A DNA stretch of 14,345 bases, taken from NCBI GenBank assembly GCA_040753055.1, contig JBFMHL010000078.1:1-14345 (forward strand), written 5' to 3'. Below the pieces are notes generated by a model, which worked only from the letters and a program-made list of their open reading frames with translations, had not been told where the DNA came from and did no database searches. Of the stretch, positions 13,288 to 14,345 are shown in pieces. A program made the translations under genes and the position numbers. The stretch is from Thermodesulfobacteriota bacterium (GTDB taxonomy: Bacteria; Desulfobacterota; Desulfobacteria; Desulfobacterales; Desulfatibacillaceae). The first letter of the stretch is position 1; every line of letters begins with the position of its first letter.

Positions 13288-14322
13288 ATGCAACTGGGAA
13301 TCCTCGGGCTTGCAGGCGCAGGCCGCGCCACCCTCTTTTCCGCGCTTGCCGCCAGCCCCTATGAACCGGAGAAGAGATCGGAAGCCAAGATGGGCATGGT
13401 GAACGTGCCCGATGAGCGGGTGGACTTCCTGTCCGGACTGTACAAGCCCAAGAAAACCACCTATGCCCGCGTCCAATACCTGCTCCCCGGCGTCCCCGTG
13501 AATCTGGAGCCGGCCAAGCAGACCGAGGCGGTTTTGAATGCCATCAAGCCCTGCGACGCCCTCATCCACGTGCTGCGGAACTTTCCCGACCCGGGAGGGG
13601 AGGCGCCCGCACCAGCCACCGACTTCTCCCGCATGGAGTCGGAGCTGATCTTCGCCGACCTGTTCGCCGTGGAGCGCAAGCTGGAGCGTGCAGCGCTGGA
13701 CGCGAAGCGCGGCAAGAAGCCCGACGAGGAGGAGATGGCGCTTCTGGAACGCTGCAAGGCGTTGCTGTCCGCGGATACGCCCCTGCGCCGGGACCCGGAG
13801 CTCGCCGCGGCCAAGAAGCTCCGCGGCTACACCTTCGTATCTGCCAAGCCCGAGATGGTGGTGGCCAACAACGACGAGGGCGACCCGGACCTCCCGGACC
13901 TCTCCGCCCTCCCCGAGCAGGACCCCCGCCTGGCCGTGCGCGGCAAGCTGGAGGCCGAGATCGCCCAGATGTCGCTCGAGGAAGCCGCGGACTTCCTGGC
14001 CGAGTACCAGGTCACCGATACCGCCCGGGACCGGGTGCTCCGCAAGTCCTACGAGCTATTGGGTCTCATCTCCTTCTTCACCGTTGGCGAGGACGAGGTC
14101 CGGGCCTGGACAATCCGCCGGGGCGACAGCGCTCTGGCCGCGGCCGAGGCCATCCACACGGACCTGGCCCGGGGCTTCATCCGGGCCGAGGTGCTGGCCT
14201 ACGACGACTTGGTGGCCGCCGGCTCCTTCAACGAGGCCAAGAAACGCGGCCAGGTGCGGCTGGAGGGAAAGACTTACGAAGTGAAAGACGGAGATATCGT
14301 CCACATCCGCTTCAATGTGTAG
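13288..14322 (+). CDS. YchF/Obg-family (DUF933 + TGS domain) protein with degenerate nucleotide-binding motifs, 344 aa
   Basis: The C-terminal TGS region is strongly YchF-like: LGLISFFTVGEDEVRAWTIRRGDSALAAAEAIHTDLARGFIRAEVLAYDDL...RLEGKTYEVKDGDIVHIRFNV vs E. coli [46 protein letters not shown]...[21 protein letters not shown] (from memory). The N-terminal Walker A is GILGLAGAGRATLFSALA where YchF has GIVGLPNVGKSTLFNALT. The DxxG position reads LLPG. RBS AAGGAG is 8 nt upstream. Confidence 0.75.
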   Translation: MQLGILGLAGAGRATLFSALAASPYEPEKRSEAKMGMVNVPDERVDFLSGLYKPKKTTYARVQYLLPGVPVNLEPAKQTEAVLNAIKPCDALIHVLRNFPDPGGEAPAPATDFSRMESELIFADLFAVERKLERAALDAKRGKKPDEEEMALLERCKALLSADTPLRRDPELAAAKKLRGYTFVSAKPEMVVANNDEGDPDLPDLSALPEQDPRLAVRGKLEAEIAQMSLEEAADFLAEYQVTDTARDRVLRKSYELLGLISFFTVGEDEVRAWTIRRGDSALAAAEAIHTDLARGFIRAEVLAYDDLVAAGSFNEAKKRGQVRLEGKTYEVKDGDIVHIRFNV

Positions 14323-14345
14323 TGCGCGGGTTCGGGAAGGGCCCG

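Overview
High-GC (~62%) bacterial chromosomal window; gene content (in-frame UGA/Sec use, DsrE-family protein, sigma-54-like motif) suggests an anaerobic, sulfate-reducer-like deltaproteobacterium, but this is inference. Almost all genes are on the minus strand.

From high to low coordinates the window holds:
- a divergent YchF-like pseudo-GTPase (the only + strand gene) and a half-size TauE/SafE permease;
- fadD (long-chain acyl-CoA synthetase);
- a PAS hybrid histidine kinase;
- a GNAT acetyltransferase overlapping a FemAB/MprF-C-like (DUF2156-type) protein;
- a long minus-strand gene string: a protein made of three internal ~55-aa repeats of unknown family, two tandem secreted DUF4124 coiled-coil paralogs, an NfeD-like membrane protein, a 675-bp structured non-coding gap, then an SPFH/flotillin gene followed within 21 nt by a four-gene sulfur-relay / molybdopterin-synthase module.

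That module is a DsrE-family protein with an in-frame UGA (predicted selenocysteine, UxxC motif, SECIS-like hairpin), MoaD-like (C-terminal GG), a divergent MoaE-like protein, and a ThiF/MoeB-type E1 that is cut by the window edge.

I see no rRNA or tRNA genes, CRISPR arrays or mobile elements. Most of the very long ORFs in the six-frame track (802 aa, 562 aa, 532 aa, 389 aa) are antisense or alternate-frame artefacts of high-GC DNA.
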